Shown piece by piece: positions 1 through 15,000 of a stretch of 64,000 bases of DNA (positions are counted from its first letter, which is position 1; every line of letters begins with the position of its first letter). The DNA is from an uncultured Planctomycetales bacterium. Lineage in GTDB: Bacteria > Omnitrophota > Gorgyraeia > Gygaellales > Profunditerraquicolaceae. The position numbers and the translations under genes are program-made. The notes under the pieces are model-generated. The model searched no databases and was not told the DNA's origin. It saw only the letters and a list, made by a program, of their open reading frames with translations. The stretch covers positions 221,812 through 285,811 of the forward strand of contig CAZJFL010000001.1 of the NCBI GenBank assembly GCA_964545575.1, read 5' to 3'.

Positions 1-1
1 G

Positions 2-3000
2 GCGGTCTGCCGGAGCATTGGCTGTCTCAAGGAAAAAGGTTTCACCCGTAGCCAGCGCCTGACAGGCAACCGGCAGCATCATATTTACCAACCTATCAAT
101 ATAATATTGCCTTCCCTGGTCTTTTGCCTTAGAATCCTTAAGATAGCCCTTGCTCCTCAAGAACTCCTCAATCATTTTCTTAAAACGCTGGTAGTCCATT
201 TTTTTCTTAATCTCCCTGATCTCATCACGTAGAGAGCTCAATTCCCCTGCCAGTTTATCCATCACTTCCTCCGGGACTTCTTCTCCCTGCTGGCTGCGCT
301 GGGTTGCCTCCTGATATTCATTCTCAGCCTTATCTACGGCAAGATTAAACTCGGCCAGTTGCTGCTTTAGATCTTCGGCTGACTCAGCCACGTCGAACCT
401 GCCCACATCATAATCCGCAAGCAGGCGATAGTGGAAAGGCAGGCGGCTACGCATACTGTCTACGCTCAGAGAGAAGTAGCGATGGCGTATTTCCGGGCGC
501 GCCTGCGGATTAATCTCATCATAGACATCGTAGTGGCGCTGCTCCAGGGCGAGCTTAAGAGCCGGCAGAATCTTGATAATATTTTCTGGCAAATCCTTCT
601 GGCGAGGCTCGTCATTAATCATGACTAATAAATCCTCGGCGATCTTCTCCCTATTCACTTCTTGTGCCTGGTCACGGGGCAGGCGCAAAACTTTAAAACC
701 GCATTTGACCTCATGGCCGTAAAGATGGTTCAAGAGGATAAAGATTGAATTAAAAGTCCTTTCCAGGCGCGGCAGGGTCAAGGACGCGGAATCAAAGCCT
801 AAGATGAACAGGATTATTGCCCCGACTAAGTCATTAGACGGCCAGTCCCCGCAGAAGCCGAGGGAAATCTTTTTCTTGGGGTCTTGGATCTTTTGATTAT
901 GCCGTTTGATCTCATTTGCCAGCGTAGCTAACATACGGATGAGCGAGATAGCCCGGTTATTCAAACTATCAAACCACGGCGCTCCCATCATCATCCTGTC
1001 CACGGCTTTGGTAAATTGTAATTGGTCGTTGCCTCCGACAGAACCAAACCCTATGCCTACTTCAATGAACGGCCGTATTTCAAAGGCCTGCGGCGTTTCA
1101 TTCATTATCCCTATTGTGATTTTATTTCTGTCTAAACCGACCTCATCAATGACCTGCAGAAGATCCACGAATTGTTGCGGGTCATACACTACCGGCGCAA
1201 AAATCCTGATCAGATAGCGATTTTTATCTACCAACGCCTTTATCGCCCGTAACTGCATCTTTAGGATCCGCTTATCATCAAGCATCATCCGGATGCCGCG
1301 GTATCCGGCCATGGGGTCGCGGTCTCTTACCACGCGGGAACCGGGCAGTTTCTCCAGCTCATCGCTCTTCCTGTCATCCAGGCGGCCAAAGAGGTACTTC
1401 TTGATCTGCTCGACAATTAAATATAAACAGAACTTATCTTGCTCTGCGGCGCGTTTATATAGCTGCTCGAATTTTTCCAGGTAATAGTGCGGGCCTTCCG
1501 GAACGGCTTCTGCGCCATAGGCGATGCCGGTCAATTGCGCCAAAAGCGTGCTTTGGTGTTCAAGGGCAGTCTGGCGGTAGGCTTTTTTATACATTTCTGC
1601 CAGCTGCATTGCTTCTTCCTGAAGCCGGGGATCGTTAATCTGCTGGGTCAATTTCATTAAGACCTCGGGCCAGACGCGGAATGTCTCGCTGATGCCTTCC
1701 AGGCCCCGGGAGAGTATCTGAATGTAGCGCTCTTCTGCCGATAACCAGCCCGAGGTAATCTTATCAAAAAACTCTATCAGCTTTCTGTCTTCCGATTTGT
1801 CCGGCTCATAGGGCTGATGCTCGGGATCATCCAGATAAGCCTTGTAGAATTCAAGGCCGGAGGTAATCTGCTCTTGGCTGCCGGCCTGCGCCGCCACAAT
1901 GCGCTTCTCTAATACGCGCAACTTCAGGTGCGCTAATTCGCTGTGCCGGGCAAGAGCCATACCCAGCCAAGCCCGCTCTTGCGCAGTCAGCCCTTCGTTA
2001 TCCATTTTCTTCAACATATTAAGATAGCGGTAATTATCGTAGCAGATAGCGCCTTCAGGGGCACAGCCAATCAGGCCGAGGAGCTGTTCAAAGCGCACCA
2101 GCCCGGAAACATAGGCATCAGGGCGCTTGCCTCCAAAGGGGCGCGCCTTTTGCGCGGTATCCGGTGCGTTGATATTTAAACCCAGCCTAAAACCTTCGGG
2201 CAATAAAGGCAATTCATCTACATTAAAATCATTACCCACGGGCTTGAGCTTATCCGAATGGTCTCCGGCAAAAATAATGCCTTTGCTGGCTACTACCGTG
2301 ACTTTACGGCCGTTATATAATTTGTTCAGGTCCGGAAGGCCGGTAATCACCACCCATCCGAACTCCGTCGCCATAATCGCGGTATGCGACTGCCTGCCGC
2401 CGACTAAAGTGACAATTGCCTTTGCCTGATGCATCGCCACATCCATATCCGGAGTCCCTTCTTCGGTAACCATAATTCTTCCCTTGACCTTATACCAATC
2501 CTGCGGCTTATTCTTAAAAGTCCAGATCACCCGTCCGGCTTCAGCGCCTTCACTGTGGAAGGTAGGGTCTTCATAAAGTACTAAACCTTGCTGACGCAAC
2601 ATCTCAACGTCCTTCTCGCTCATATCCTTGTATCTTAAGAAAATAACCGCGGGGTTCTTCTGGTTCCGGCTTGTCTCAGGCCTGACCTGCGTATAAACGA
2701 AGACATACTGATAGCGCGGATTTCCGGCATGGTCGCGGGCAATGCCGTCCGGTTGATTCGGGTCTTGGACATAGAGCGGCCTTGTCTCCCGGTCGCGCCT
2801 GATCACTAACCCACCTTCATAATCCTGATACATATCAAAGTATTCATACATCGTGCGGGCTACCAGGCCCATCTGGCCCAAAAGCTCCCAGTCAGTAGTT
2901 ACCGGCTTTCCTTTCAGCGCCTGGGGAAACTTTAAGGTAATCAGGCCGGCATCCTTCTCTTCACCATCTTGATTTTCCGTAGCGCCCAAGACATTAGGCA

Positions 3001-6000
3001 CCTGCCACGCCTGCCTGTCTTCGGAAATCTGATACTGCCTTAACTCTCCGTTAAAACGCACAAAGGCATTATCCGTGGTGGCTTTATTAGCCACAATGGC
3101 ATTAGCCGCACCCTCCACTAAACTCAAGTCTAATTCCGGCATACCGGTGTTGCGGTTGACGCCAAAGCCGACACAGCCGATATCAAAAATCCCCATCTGC
3201 TGGAACACCGAGCTCATTTTCACATTATCATCATAGATAGGAAACGGCGGGACTTGCTTCAGGCGGTAATCAATACTGCGGAAGTTAAATAATGAACGCT
3301 GATTCGCCAGCCACTCTTTGACAAATAGGTCTATTTCATCCTCTGTTACCGGCCCGATCACGGCATCCTGAAGCTTTAACTCTTCTACTAATGCCTTTAA
3401 TACCGCGTTCCAGGGTTCAACCGAAACACCCCATTTAGAGGCGTCGAGATAAAGAGAGATCTCCGCCGCTTTCATCGCCTCAACAATTATCTTTAATTTC
3501 CCCCAGGGGTCAGGCTGCTGAGCGAGTTTTGCTTCTGTGTCGGGGATATTAATCTTACGGTTGCCCAGAATCGCCAGCACCTTAAGGATCATCACAAAAA
3601 GCGAAGTATCCTGCCTGCCGGCAAAAGAAGCGGCTTCGCTATCTTCGCCCAGAGCAGAACTACGGATTGCCAGTATCAGGAGCCTCTCTGTAACCCCCAG
3701 GCGCTCCGCCATCTGCTTTAAACTTTCGCGCATCTCCTGAATTAAATCCGGGGCAATCTTGGCCTTACCCCATTCTAAATCTGCTTTGAACTTTTGGGAG
3801 CACTCGGTAAGCAAAATAAAGTACTGCTTGGTGTATTCCGGATCCTGTTTAGCTTCCTGGTCGCTGATTTGCTCTTTTGTTTTATTCTGCTGGTCGGCTA
3901 ATCTTTGTTTAGCCTGATCAATCAGGACGGGTAATTTTCTCTGGAGTTCTGCGGCAAGCGCTTTAAACTTCTCATCGTATCCGGGATTGGCAGCGATGAG
4001 CTTATCCGAAAAAGCCCTGCCGGCAGTAGCCAGGGCAGCCAAGGTTACGGCGCCCGGCGCATCCATCATCATCCCGGTATAGCAGGTCTTTCCGCCGAGT
4101 AAAGCAGCATCGCGGGCATCCACTTCATAGTCCCAGACAATGGTGCGGTCTTTAATTAAATCCTGATCCGCCAGATAATGGCCTTTCATCAGGAAGGTGG
4201 CTGTCCTGTCTTTATACTTATCAGCAGGGTCTTCTCCTTCGGGAGGGGCCTGATATTCATTGACTACGATCAGGCCGGGGTAATCACGGGCAATTGTCCT
4301 GAGCAACTTTTCTGCTGCTTCGGGCGTGAACGGCTCTCCTTCGGGAGTGCAGAGGGCAAAGAAACCGAACTCCCGGACTAATGCGTCTAAGGCTTGCCTG
4401 GCCTTAAATGAGCGGGTACGCTCCATCTGATCAATGAGCCATAATTTTTTCTCTGCGTCGGTGAGGAAGCGTTTTTCGCTGCGGATTTGCTGCCTGAGAT
4501 TAAAAAGTTTGATTGCATCTTCCAGGCGGTTCTGGTTGCCGGTGGCTTTACTTACCTGCGCGATACGGTTGACTACTACCTCTTGCTTCGCTATATCATC
4601 GGTTGAGGTATGCCTATCTCTTAAGTATAAGTCAGTTAAGATCCGAACAAAAAGCCCGGGCTTGACGCGCCTCATCCCTAAGCGCAACAGGTATTCCATA
4701 AAATCTAATTCGATGTAAGCAGTTTTTCTCCTTTTATCTACTGCGTAATGGCGTTCCCCTAATTTTCCGGAACGCACCAGGATGATCCGGGTATCTTTGA
4801 GAAGATCCGCCAAATATTGGAACTCTCCCTTACCTAAATAATGACGCAAGAAGTTGTAGGCTAAGGGTATGATCTTGGTGTAGCGCGGCAGGTCTAATCT
4901 GCCGACAGGAACATCTTCCATATTAGGGAAGCGGGTGGCATTGATAAGCAGGAGATCGCCGTTTCCTAAGACAAAGGCGCCGTTGTATTTAGTCAGCCAC
5001 AGCCTTCTTCTGCCCCTCTGGTATAAACCGACTTCATCGCGGGCAATCAGTTCGTCTAAAGTTGCCTTATCAAAGCGAAGCGTTAATGATTTTTTACGCC
5101 GCGGGTCAAAAGCCTGCACCGCTATTTTCCAGACGTTTTTGGCAGCGGGTTTCTGCTGGAGCGCTTTTGCTTGCCGTCCTTTTGCGGCAGCTAAACCTAG
5201 GGCCATCCCGTATTCCCTATCAAGCTGCACCTCAAAGATGGAGCACGCTCCGATAAAAGGAGTTAATTCATCGGGGTGAGCATAGAAATAATCTTCGCTT
5301 AATTTGCGGGCTGACTGACAGTCTAACTTTCGGAGGAGGGCGCCTTCGATATCATGGCGGATAATATCATCAATCATCCTTTGGTAGGCTTTACCTTCGG
5401 AAGAATTTTTATCCGGCGGAGCGCGGGCAGCCACACTTTCTAAGACCGCAACTTTTCCCAGCACGGTCTCGGTATCGGCAGCCCTTCCGCTGGCTGTCCT
5501 GGTTACCACCTCAACGTATTTAGCCTTGTCGCCAAAGTAACTCTTAAACTGATCCAGTTTATCTCTGGCCATCTCAACCGCTTCGCCGGTATAAGTAGAA
5601 GGATGCGGATGGCGGGCGCTGCCGGGCTTTCCAGCCTTGAACCAGCTACGGGCATACCCGCTTATCTTCTTTATTATTTGCTCAGGCAAAGTAGGGTTGA
5701 AGTTCGTCAGATACGCAGAATATACTATTGTGGCAATACCGATAATTAGGCCAATGATTTTAATCAAAGGATGGGGATGCGCTATTTTAGGCAGAAGTTT
5801 AGCGAAGAATATATTTTCCTCTAAGGCTGTAACTACTACGAAGAAGGCAGTAGCCAGGCCGATTCTTTGTTTGGCTGCGCCGATGGCTGCGCGCATAGCT
5901 AGAGCCGGGTCCGCATATCTGGCTTTAGATTCAGGAAGATAGGCCTTGGTCAGGGCCTTGGTGCCGTAAGGCCCGAGGCTGTAGAAGGCAATCGAGGCCA

Positions 6001-9000
6001 AAACTAGCAGCCCGACAACCCAGAAAGGCTTAATCATCGGGGCAAGAGAAAAATCAAATATAGCATTGCCTTTGGCAAGAAGCTTGCCCGGCAGATATAC
6101 AGTCAAAACTACTAACACCATGTGCCAGAAACACGACCCCACCACCACCATCAGCGGATCCGGCCTTGGTCCGCGTTCTAATTTAGCGGCGGTAGGGCTG
6201 GGATTTCCGCCGCGCTGCATCAGGTGGCCCATAAAGATGATGTAGAGGCCGTAGAATAAATCTACCCCTATCAAACAGGCATAGGCGATGGCAGTGGCTT
6301 TGTTAAGGTGAATTAAAGATGTCAGGTATTGCCACGCCAATTTATGCTGCATAGCAGCGAGGGTAGTGATAATACCGATTAAGGTCATGCTGTTTAAGGC
6401 CCACTGGTTGATATTGGTGGGCATCAGCTTAAGGTACTTGGCGAGCCTGCCGAAAGGCTTAGCCTCATCTAGAGCAAGCTTAGGCTTACCTGCTTCAACT
6501 GCCACCTTTTTACTGCCTCCTCTGATGATTATCTCCGTAATAATCATCGCCGGTATATTGACCGCGGCAATAAAGAGAGAAACTTCGGTGTTAGTAACGC
6601 CGGTAGTCTTTACGGCAAAGAAGGCTAAAGAAAGGGCGATCAGCGGCTGCAATGCCCCTACGATAAGCCATGCCAGCCAGTCGCGCTTCCACTCTGCGTT
6701 AAAAGAGTTATCTAATTTTAAAGCTTTATATATCACGTAAGGTACGAATCCTACCGCCAGCCACGCCCTTCTCGCCCCTTTATACTTAAACAAATCTTGC
6801 CTTAAATCTTTGAGGAAGGTGGGATTTTCTTTAGCTATGGCTTTGATAAGCTTGTAAAATAGGTAGCTGATCCCCGGCACTTCAGTCCAGGCGCTTCTCC
6901 AGAAGCAGATCCGCATAAAGTGATAAATAGTGACTAGCGGAGCGCCCATAGGCAGCTTCTTGGGGAGCAGGAAGACCTGGCATAAGCTGGAAGCGATGGT
7001 GAGGATAAAGAATACGGTCAGGGAATGTTTATCTTCGAAGATATTTTTGAGGAAGGACTTTATTGTTGTAACAATAGGTGGCGCGTTGGTCTGTTTGGAC
7101 CAGAAGAATAAGGCGATGAAAGCAAAAGCAGAAATCCCCAAGGCACGGCCTAAACCAAACGCAGGAACAGTAAAACCTCCCTGCTGCCCGGCAAAGAGCG
7201 GGGCGATGAAGGCGCTGGCGAGGAAGCCGATGATCGCGATACTGAAGAACTTTGGATAAGTATTGGTGCGCCTGGGATAAACTGGCGAAGGTCTAGCTTG
7301 CGGATTCTCTGTGATAACGTCACCTTGACTATGCATATCCTGATTTAATTTTACCCGATGATTCCTGCGGCCTAAGTATTTGCCTAAGGGGCCGGCAAAA
7401 ATTAAGCCTGCTATCGATAAAACGCCGAATACAATACTCAATGTAATAGGTAATGGCGAATTAGCTGACTTGGCAGTGGTTTCTGCACCTAATGGTACTC
7501 CTTGCGCCAGAGCAGGCAGAAGCAGCATGGCGGCGATGGCGATGCAGGCGAGGGTGTGGCGGTTTGTGCTAGTCGGCGCCTGGGCCACAGCAGAAGGCAC
7601 TTCTCTATCAATCGCATCCAATTTCAGTAAAACCCTGGCAATTCCCTCCCTGACCCCCGGCCTAGAACTATTTGTCTGAATATGTGCCAGGACCATACGA
7701 AAAGATGGACGATTAACGCACTGCCTATAAATAGTTACTAATAACTCTTCTGCCGTCGCTGCTACTTGGGGTTGGGAATCAGCTAAAGCACCGCCGGCTA
7801 TAGCCCCGATTGCGATTTTCATGTGTACAGGGGTAAAAGCGGCCATCTGCGGTATCAATGGCTTTAGCCTCTCGGCCGTGCGGAGGCTGCATTTCCCTAA
7901 TACACCCACGACTGCCTTAATTTCCCCGTCATTAACGAACTTGGCGCCTTGTACAATTAATCCTCCAGCTAAATCAGCGGTCTTTGCATCAAAGTCATTT
8001 TGTACATTTTGTAAAGCGTTAAGCAGAAGATTGATGGTATGGTGTGCCTCAGGCGGATTATTGTGCATGCGGCCTCTTAACTCTTTGCTCACTGCCTCCT
8101 GGTACGATAGATTACCCAGATAGCGTACTAACTCCGCCGAATTCATCGCGGATATATCGGATATCTTGGCTGAGCCTGATGGCGAAGAGGAACGGGGTTT
8201 TACTGGAGTAGGATGCAGCCTGGCCGGCGAGAGGCGGCGATAAAATATTCCCCCCACCATCAATCCTGCCAGCGGCAGCGAGCCGGCGGCTAGAGAGTGA
8301 TGGCCTAAGAGCCAGAACGCTGCCAGCGCCGCGGCGCCGAGGAGGGCTAAAATTATATACGGACCCGCGAAGATATCTTTGCGTTTTAAGGCATGGCGGC
8401 GGTAAATTGTTACAGCAAGGAAAACTACTCCGGCGACAACTGCGCCAATACTTATCCAGAATATTATATTGGCAATAGTTAAGGCAGTGCTGAACGGCCC
8501 ACCTAGACTGCCCCAGCCATCTGATGCTCTGTGTACGCCATCGATAATACCATTAGCCCCCTTGACAATATCGACTTTTTGAGTGAGGAATAAAACCGGC
8601 GCACCGGCAAAGAAGGCGGGGATAGCGCCTCTGATGCCATCCGGAAGTCTATCTATAATTAGCCTTAGTTGCTTTACTAGCCTAAAATATTCGGTCTTGT
8701 TTCTGGGTATTCCGTATTTTCCCGCGCCTTCTTCCTGACGGAATCCTAACTTGTATGCCTGCATGCTGCGTAAAATATCGTCTGCCTCTAAGATGCCTTT
8801 AATTGTATTTAGAGATAATACCTTGGCTCTCTTAAGAACAAAACTCCACATGCCCTCCTGGCCAAAATTGTCTGCTCCTAATAAGGTAACCGGCAAGACC
8901 TGCGTGGGTGACGGCGTCGCAGTAATCACCAGCATATCCCCTTCTTTCATTTCGCCTATCATCGTGGCATAGAAGTCAACGTGGGTGCCGTGCGTCCTTT

Positions 9001-12000
9001 CGGGATCCAAATATTTTATCACGTGTATGGCCGGCTGCTGCTTAGCCTCTAGCGGCGTCTTGCCTATGGCGCCGTCTACAAATTTGAAATTAATAACCTT
9101 GTTACCGGCCTTTAATCTGACCCTGATAGTTAAGGTTTTCTTATCCGCGCTTAAAGATTCTTTCAAGACTCTAAAACCCTGCTTTGACAGCTCATTCCTG
9201 AAACAATCGCTGCTGCTCTGAAGCGAGGCGGGGTCAGAAAAATCGTACTTCCTCTCCAGTAAGATAACCGTCTCTACTGACGGGCAGGACTTGACTAAAT
9301 CTGCGATTCCGGCAACATCAAAATATGCTCCCGGATAATAGATTACTTTCTTATCGCTTAAGGCATCCTTGATATATAAAGAACGTAATGCTTTAAAATA
9401 ACCCTGCGTAAACTTATAACCAGGCGTTAACCTGGCCTGCCAGCCATACTTATTGTGATCATCCAATTCTTCTTCTGCCTTCAAGGCGATCATCCAAGGG
9501 GCAAGGCCTAAATATTTCTTAATTAACCTCACTACCCCGCCTGCGCCAAGATCAGATTTCTTTTGTTCCGGCTTGATATTATATTCTGGCAGAATGCACA
9601 GCAGGGCAAAAAGCTCGTTCTCTGCATCTGTGCTTTCAGGATGAGCGATGACTCTGGCTTCATGGATAAGGGTAAGTAATAATTCAGTGCGGTTTGCATG
9701 ATTATTTAGAAGGGCCTCATCGAGATCAAGAATTTTGTTGCGGTAGGTTCCCCATATATAGGTAAACGGCCCGGCGCGGGTGACGATAGTATGGCGCATC
9801 TTTTCTAAGGCTGTGGTTACGCGATGGTCTTTACTGCCTACCTTAACCCTACGTATAGCTTCCTTGATAGCAGCATCAAGATAAGTTCTATCCGTAATCT
9901 TTTTGGCCTTGGCAATATCTTCTTGAATCTGCGCCTCTGTCGGCTGCATCCCGGGCTTTTTGCGGTGCGGGTCGGCTGAGGAAGCGGCGCTGGCAGCCTC
10001 CACCATTTCTTTAGCGAACTCATAATCATACAACGGCCTGCCGTCGCTGGTCCTTAAAGTCGCCCTGAGGATATCATAGAGATGCGGCCGCTGTTCTTCA
10101 AAGGGAGTATTCAGGCCGACGATTTGCTTACGCTTACGCTCCACTGCCTGAAGCCCAAGGTAGAAGGTTTCCAGGTCAAAGTTATCCAACAATATTTGTT
10201 CGGCTCTCTCCTGCGATATTCTAGATTGCACCAGCAATCCCTGCCCGGCCGCTGCGATATCGCGCTCAAACATCTCTTCCTTTGCCTTAAGCGCGGCTAA
10301 TAATTCAGTGTGGGCTTTTTCTGCGCGGTCTGGACGCGAACTCTGCTTCTCCAGTATATGGGCGACCTCAATTAAAGCAGTGTATTTGGCAACATAGTGT
10401 CCTTTTTCTTCTCTGATCCGCTCAAGCACGGTAAGCAGGTCCACCCCTTCGCCTTCTTCTACGCCGCCTAAATAAGAGATGATTGCCCGCTTTATCATAT
10501 GCCTGCCGATATCGCGGTGCGCCTGCCAATAAGGCTTACCCTGGGCGCGGCTTACTAAAAGGCCGAAGGTCAATTCCGTGGAGAGCACTGCCTGCATGCT
10601 TATAGGCTTGACCTGCATGATATGGATAAGGTGCTCCGGGTCAAGGCAGATATCCCGCGTCCCGTCTTCTTTTCTCTTGTTGCGGTCAATGCGGCGCTGC
10701 AGGTGATGCCTTAATACGCGCTTTAACATCCTGCTGGTAATATCGGTAATGCTGCCGATTTCAGGCACGCTTTTACCTTCAAACATCTCTCTGAAGTTCC
10801 AGTCAAATTCATCGACGCAGTTTAATACCCCTTTGCCGCCGTAACGCTTTGCCCGGTTATATAACTCTGTAAGCCCTTTTAAATCCTGCTCGTACTTGGC
10901 GGGGTTATCTTTTTGCTTGGCTACAACTGCCTCCTGGATAGCTGTTAAATCTATGCCCTTTTTAAATTTAAATATCTTTAAGTCGGCTTCGCGGGGGATA
11001 TCGCCCTTCTTTCTCTCCTGGGGAATTTCGTCAAAAAGGCCAAGATAATCGTCGGTTAATTGACATGCATAAACCTGGCCGTCAGTGCGGTATAAGGCCT
11101 CTTCAAAACCGGTGGAAGCGCCCGAGGGAGTGCCGGAGACCTCTTCTAAGAACATGCTGAATTTCTTACTATTCGGCACGCCCAAATAACCCCAAATCCC
11201 TAAAGTAGGATGGCCGGTATTTAAGGGTTCCTCCATCGCCAGGATATGGGTGCAGATTAAACTCTGCATTAATTTTTCGGTATCCGCTTCCTCCTCTTTA
11301 ATCCTGGCCTCTTCTTTAGCCAAGGCATCTGCTGCTAAGCCGGCTTTCCATTTAGCATAGCGCTCAAACATCCAGCGCTTGGCCTGGTCTATCTCTTTTA
11401 CCAGCTCGGTATCTTCGTAAAGCACCCCGCGCTCTGAATTTCCTCCTCCCCCGGTCTTTTGCCCGCGCGCCCTGAAGGCCATGGATAAATGCGGCTCGCG
11501 GCCATGGAAGGGGGCCTTGGAGCGGTGGGAGATGATTACCCCGCCGCCTTTACCGTAGACTACGGTTATGGCCACATCCGTTTCCAGAGTAGTTCCGACC
11601 TGGTTGTATTTAATCAGGGCGTCGTCGATTAAGCCCATTTCAAAGGCCCATTCAATTACTGAATCTTTGGTGGTAATCAGGTCATCACCGATGCGCCTAA
11701 AGGGTATCGGTACCGGCAGGTCTATCTCAATCTTATCTTTGCCCGGGATAATCACTTTTCCGTCGGGAGTCCTTTCAAAGGCAACTACCCTGCTCTGCAA
11801 TTGCCAGCCTGAGGTATCATCCTGGGCTAAGCCGTCCTCAACCGAGAGGATCGGAACGTTCTTCTCGATGATCGCCCTGGCAATAGCCTTTAAGATATCC
11901 ACAGCATCGTATAAATCAGGGTTCTTTGCATCTAGAAAAGCCAGGTATTTCATCGCATCCTCAGCTAATCCTTTCCGCTTACGCGCCTCAAGCACCCATT

Positions 12001-15000
12001 CGCTGCTGGCGATGTCAAAGGCTATTCCTACATCTTCTCCCGGCTCCAAATATTCATCTAAACTTCCTGGCTTGTGCACCGTGCTGATTGCCAAAGTCCC
12101 CAGGCGCCAGTTGCGTTCGTCAGCAAACTTATCCCCCTCTGCCCTCTCGACGATACCGGTAACCCCTCCTTCCGGGCCTTTGCCGCCTAAAGAGCAACCA
12201 TCGGTGCTGGCTAAGAGCCCTTTATATCTATTCTGAATCGCTGTCCTTAAGAGCCGGTCTATTTCCCCGGGATTCTCGTAGAGGCGCGCGCAAAGGATAA
12301 GCATCATCATCTCCTGGGAGCTAAGGTTGGTGCGGAACTTAGGCCAGACGTGCTTAGCACCCATGCCGAAATTTAAAAAATGATGGGCAGCAGCTACTTT
12401 TTCGCCATTCATTAAGACCGTCTCCCAGAGCCGGAAAAACTCCATGTCTAAGTTAAGCCTTAAGATCTTGTATTTAAAATCCCCCTGCGCTACGGGCTTT
12501 GCCTGTTTGGTCTTGCTGTCCCTTTCTCGTTTTGCCTCCAGTTTTCCCGGGTCGGCAAAGATAAAATCCAGGAAGCTCATCTCGCAAAAACTGAAGAACC
12601 ATCTGCCGATATAAGTGAAGAAGATCATCCCTGTTAACTGGCTTAATGCCATAAATAAGGGCCCCCCTATTGCGCCGATAATACTTAACCTGCGGCTGGC
12701 CAGGCGGCCTTCGGCCTCCTGGTCTAACTGCGGCTCTGCCTCGGGTTCAAATTTAACGCCGGTCCTTTTAATCCCCGGGAAGAGCCCGAAGAAGCCTAAA
12801 TAAATCATTTCCAGGTAGAATAAAATCCTTCTTGGCCTAAGCTGTTGTTTTAAGGAAGCAATGAAGGTGAGTTTTTCCTTATTCGTCGCCTCGGCAACAA
12901 TCAGCTCGCGTTCGGCAGTCAAGGTCTTAAAGGAAAACCATTTAAGCTTCATTATCAGGCTAAACTTGAGGTCTTGATAAAAGCGATAAGGCCTCCAGAA
13001 GAAATATTTAAGATTTTTCTTTTTATGCTCCTTGAATTCGTTATCCCGGTAAAAGTTAAAATCTGTCTGCGCCTTCTTTAAATCATTCTCCATCACCTCT
13101 TTGGATTTTAACGCCCCGACCTTAATCGCCTTAAGCACATGGCCTAAGCCTTCGTGCCAGCCCACAGCCGTAGGAAAAGCCACCCCCCAGATCATAGAGC
13201 CATAAAGCGGCTGGATAGAGACGAACATAAATTTTATAATATCCGCCGGATGATTATGCCCCGGGGGCATGCTTAAGGGGGAAAAGATAAAGATTGTCTC
13301 GATACCGGAATCAAAGATATGATTACCTTTGACCCAGTTTGCCTCTAATTTCGCTCTTGCGCCTTCATAAAGCTTCCTTAAGCTCGCCAGCCAGGGCAGT
13401 TGCTGGGCGAGGTCGCTTTCTTGGGCATCCGGGGTCCCTTCTTTCTTCTCCGGACGGCGGCCTACCTCGCCGCGATAGGGCTCAAGCTCATAAATACCCG
13501 AGGCCTCCCTTAAAACCTGGGCCAAGGATTTAGCAAATGGCTGCGCTTGGAGCTTCTGCACTAAAAACATACCAGCCTTAAACAGGTCCTGATAGGCAAC
13601 ATAATTAAAAAGATAAGACCAGAGCTCTAAAGCACAGGTCTTGGCTTTATCTTGCTGATATTTCTCTAAAGCAAGCTGGATACCGGCATTATCCGGCATC
13701 AGCCTAAAGATCTCCTCGCCTACGTATTTAGCAATCGCCTTGGCTAAAACAAGGTTGGCCGTACCCCGGATGCGCTGCCAGAGTTCTTCGCCGTCTAAAT
13801 GCGCAGCCAGCCTGTTTACGGCGCCGGAGGTAACTAAGGAGATCCCTGCGCCAAAACCTAATTTAAGCTGCAGGGCCTGGATCTGCTCAAACTCATCAGA
13901 GCTAGTGCTCAGCTTTCCGCGGCGCATAGATTCGTCCCGGTCTAAGCTAAGCAATTCTTTTTCTATGTCGATCAGGCTGCCGAGTTCCAGTAAGCGCCTG
14001 CCCTGGCCGGTTTCTGCGTCGATAAAGGCAGGCCGGATATAGCGATTAAAATATTCCAGGGCCTTCTGGCAGCCCATTCCGTTAGAGCGCTCAAAACGCA
14101 CGGTAAAAAGCCTCTCCAGCTCAGGGTCCTCCTGGGCCTTAATCAAGGCCAGGGCCTCTTCCCTGTCTTTAAAGAGGCTGGCGTTAAAAGTAAAGTTGCG
14201 GGTAGTCTGGTTAAATCTAAAGAGCGTTCTATATTTAGGGTGCTCTTTGCACCAGAGCTCGTCGAAATACTTCTGCGGCAGATCGTCCATTTCAATGATA
14301 GAATCAGTCAAGACCATGGCGTCCCCGGTTGAATGGATATCCGGGATAGATAAGGCGGCTTCAAATTGCAAGAGATCAAACCATTTCTGGCTGCCGTAGA
14401 TGCCGGCAAGGACATTCAATTTAAAGGTGGGGTCTCCGGAAGCAGTGGGGTATTCGCGCGGGATTAAGGCAGTGATGCGTAAGCGCGAAGCCAAAGTTTG
14501 CGCCAATTGCTCCAGTTCTTCAGGAGGCATCTTTTTAGATTCTTTCTCCAGGCGCTTGACGATCGCCCTTTTAGTCATTTTCACCAATCTTTCGTAGCGG
14601 ATTAAACTAACCATCCCGCTTACCCCGCCTACTGCCAAAACGTTCGGCTCCAGGCCAAGGGTCAGCTGGGTCTCTAAATCGTCGTCTGTACAAAGGGCGC
14701 AGCCGCCAATGGTAACATTCAAGCCTAAGAGCCGGGCAGTTAAAAAGGCATTGATCATCTCAGTCAAGCTCCCGCAACGGCCAGGGACAAGCACCACGGT
14801 ATTGGAATTTCCTTCCTCGCGCTTAAGCCGCGCTGCCAGGTCTTCGATAGAATCATCCCGGCAATAGATAGTGGTATCGTCGGCAATAAAGAGGGTCTGG
14901 CCTAATCCCTTTTCGATTACAGCACCGCTGGCATCCCGTTCTCCATAGTATAATTTATGGCTAGTGGCAGGGTCCTTGCGGTAGCAGGGGTTCTTATACA

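Noticed and set aside
8820-9360. Second methyltransferase-like domain (VIYYPGAYFD)
   Set aside because: Only one weak motif; left uncalled
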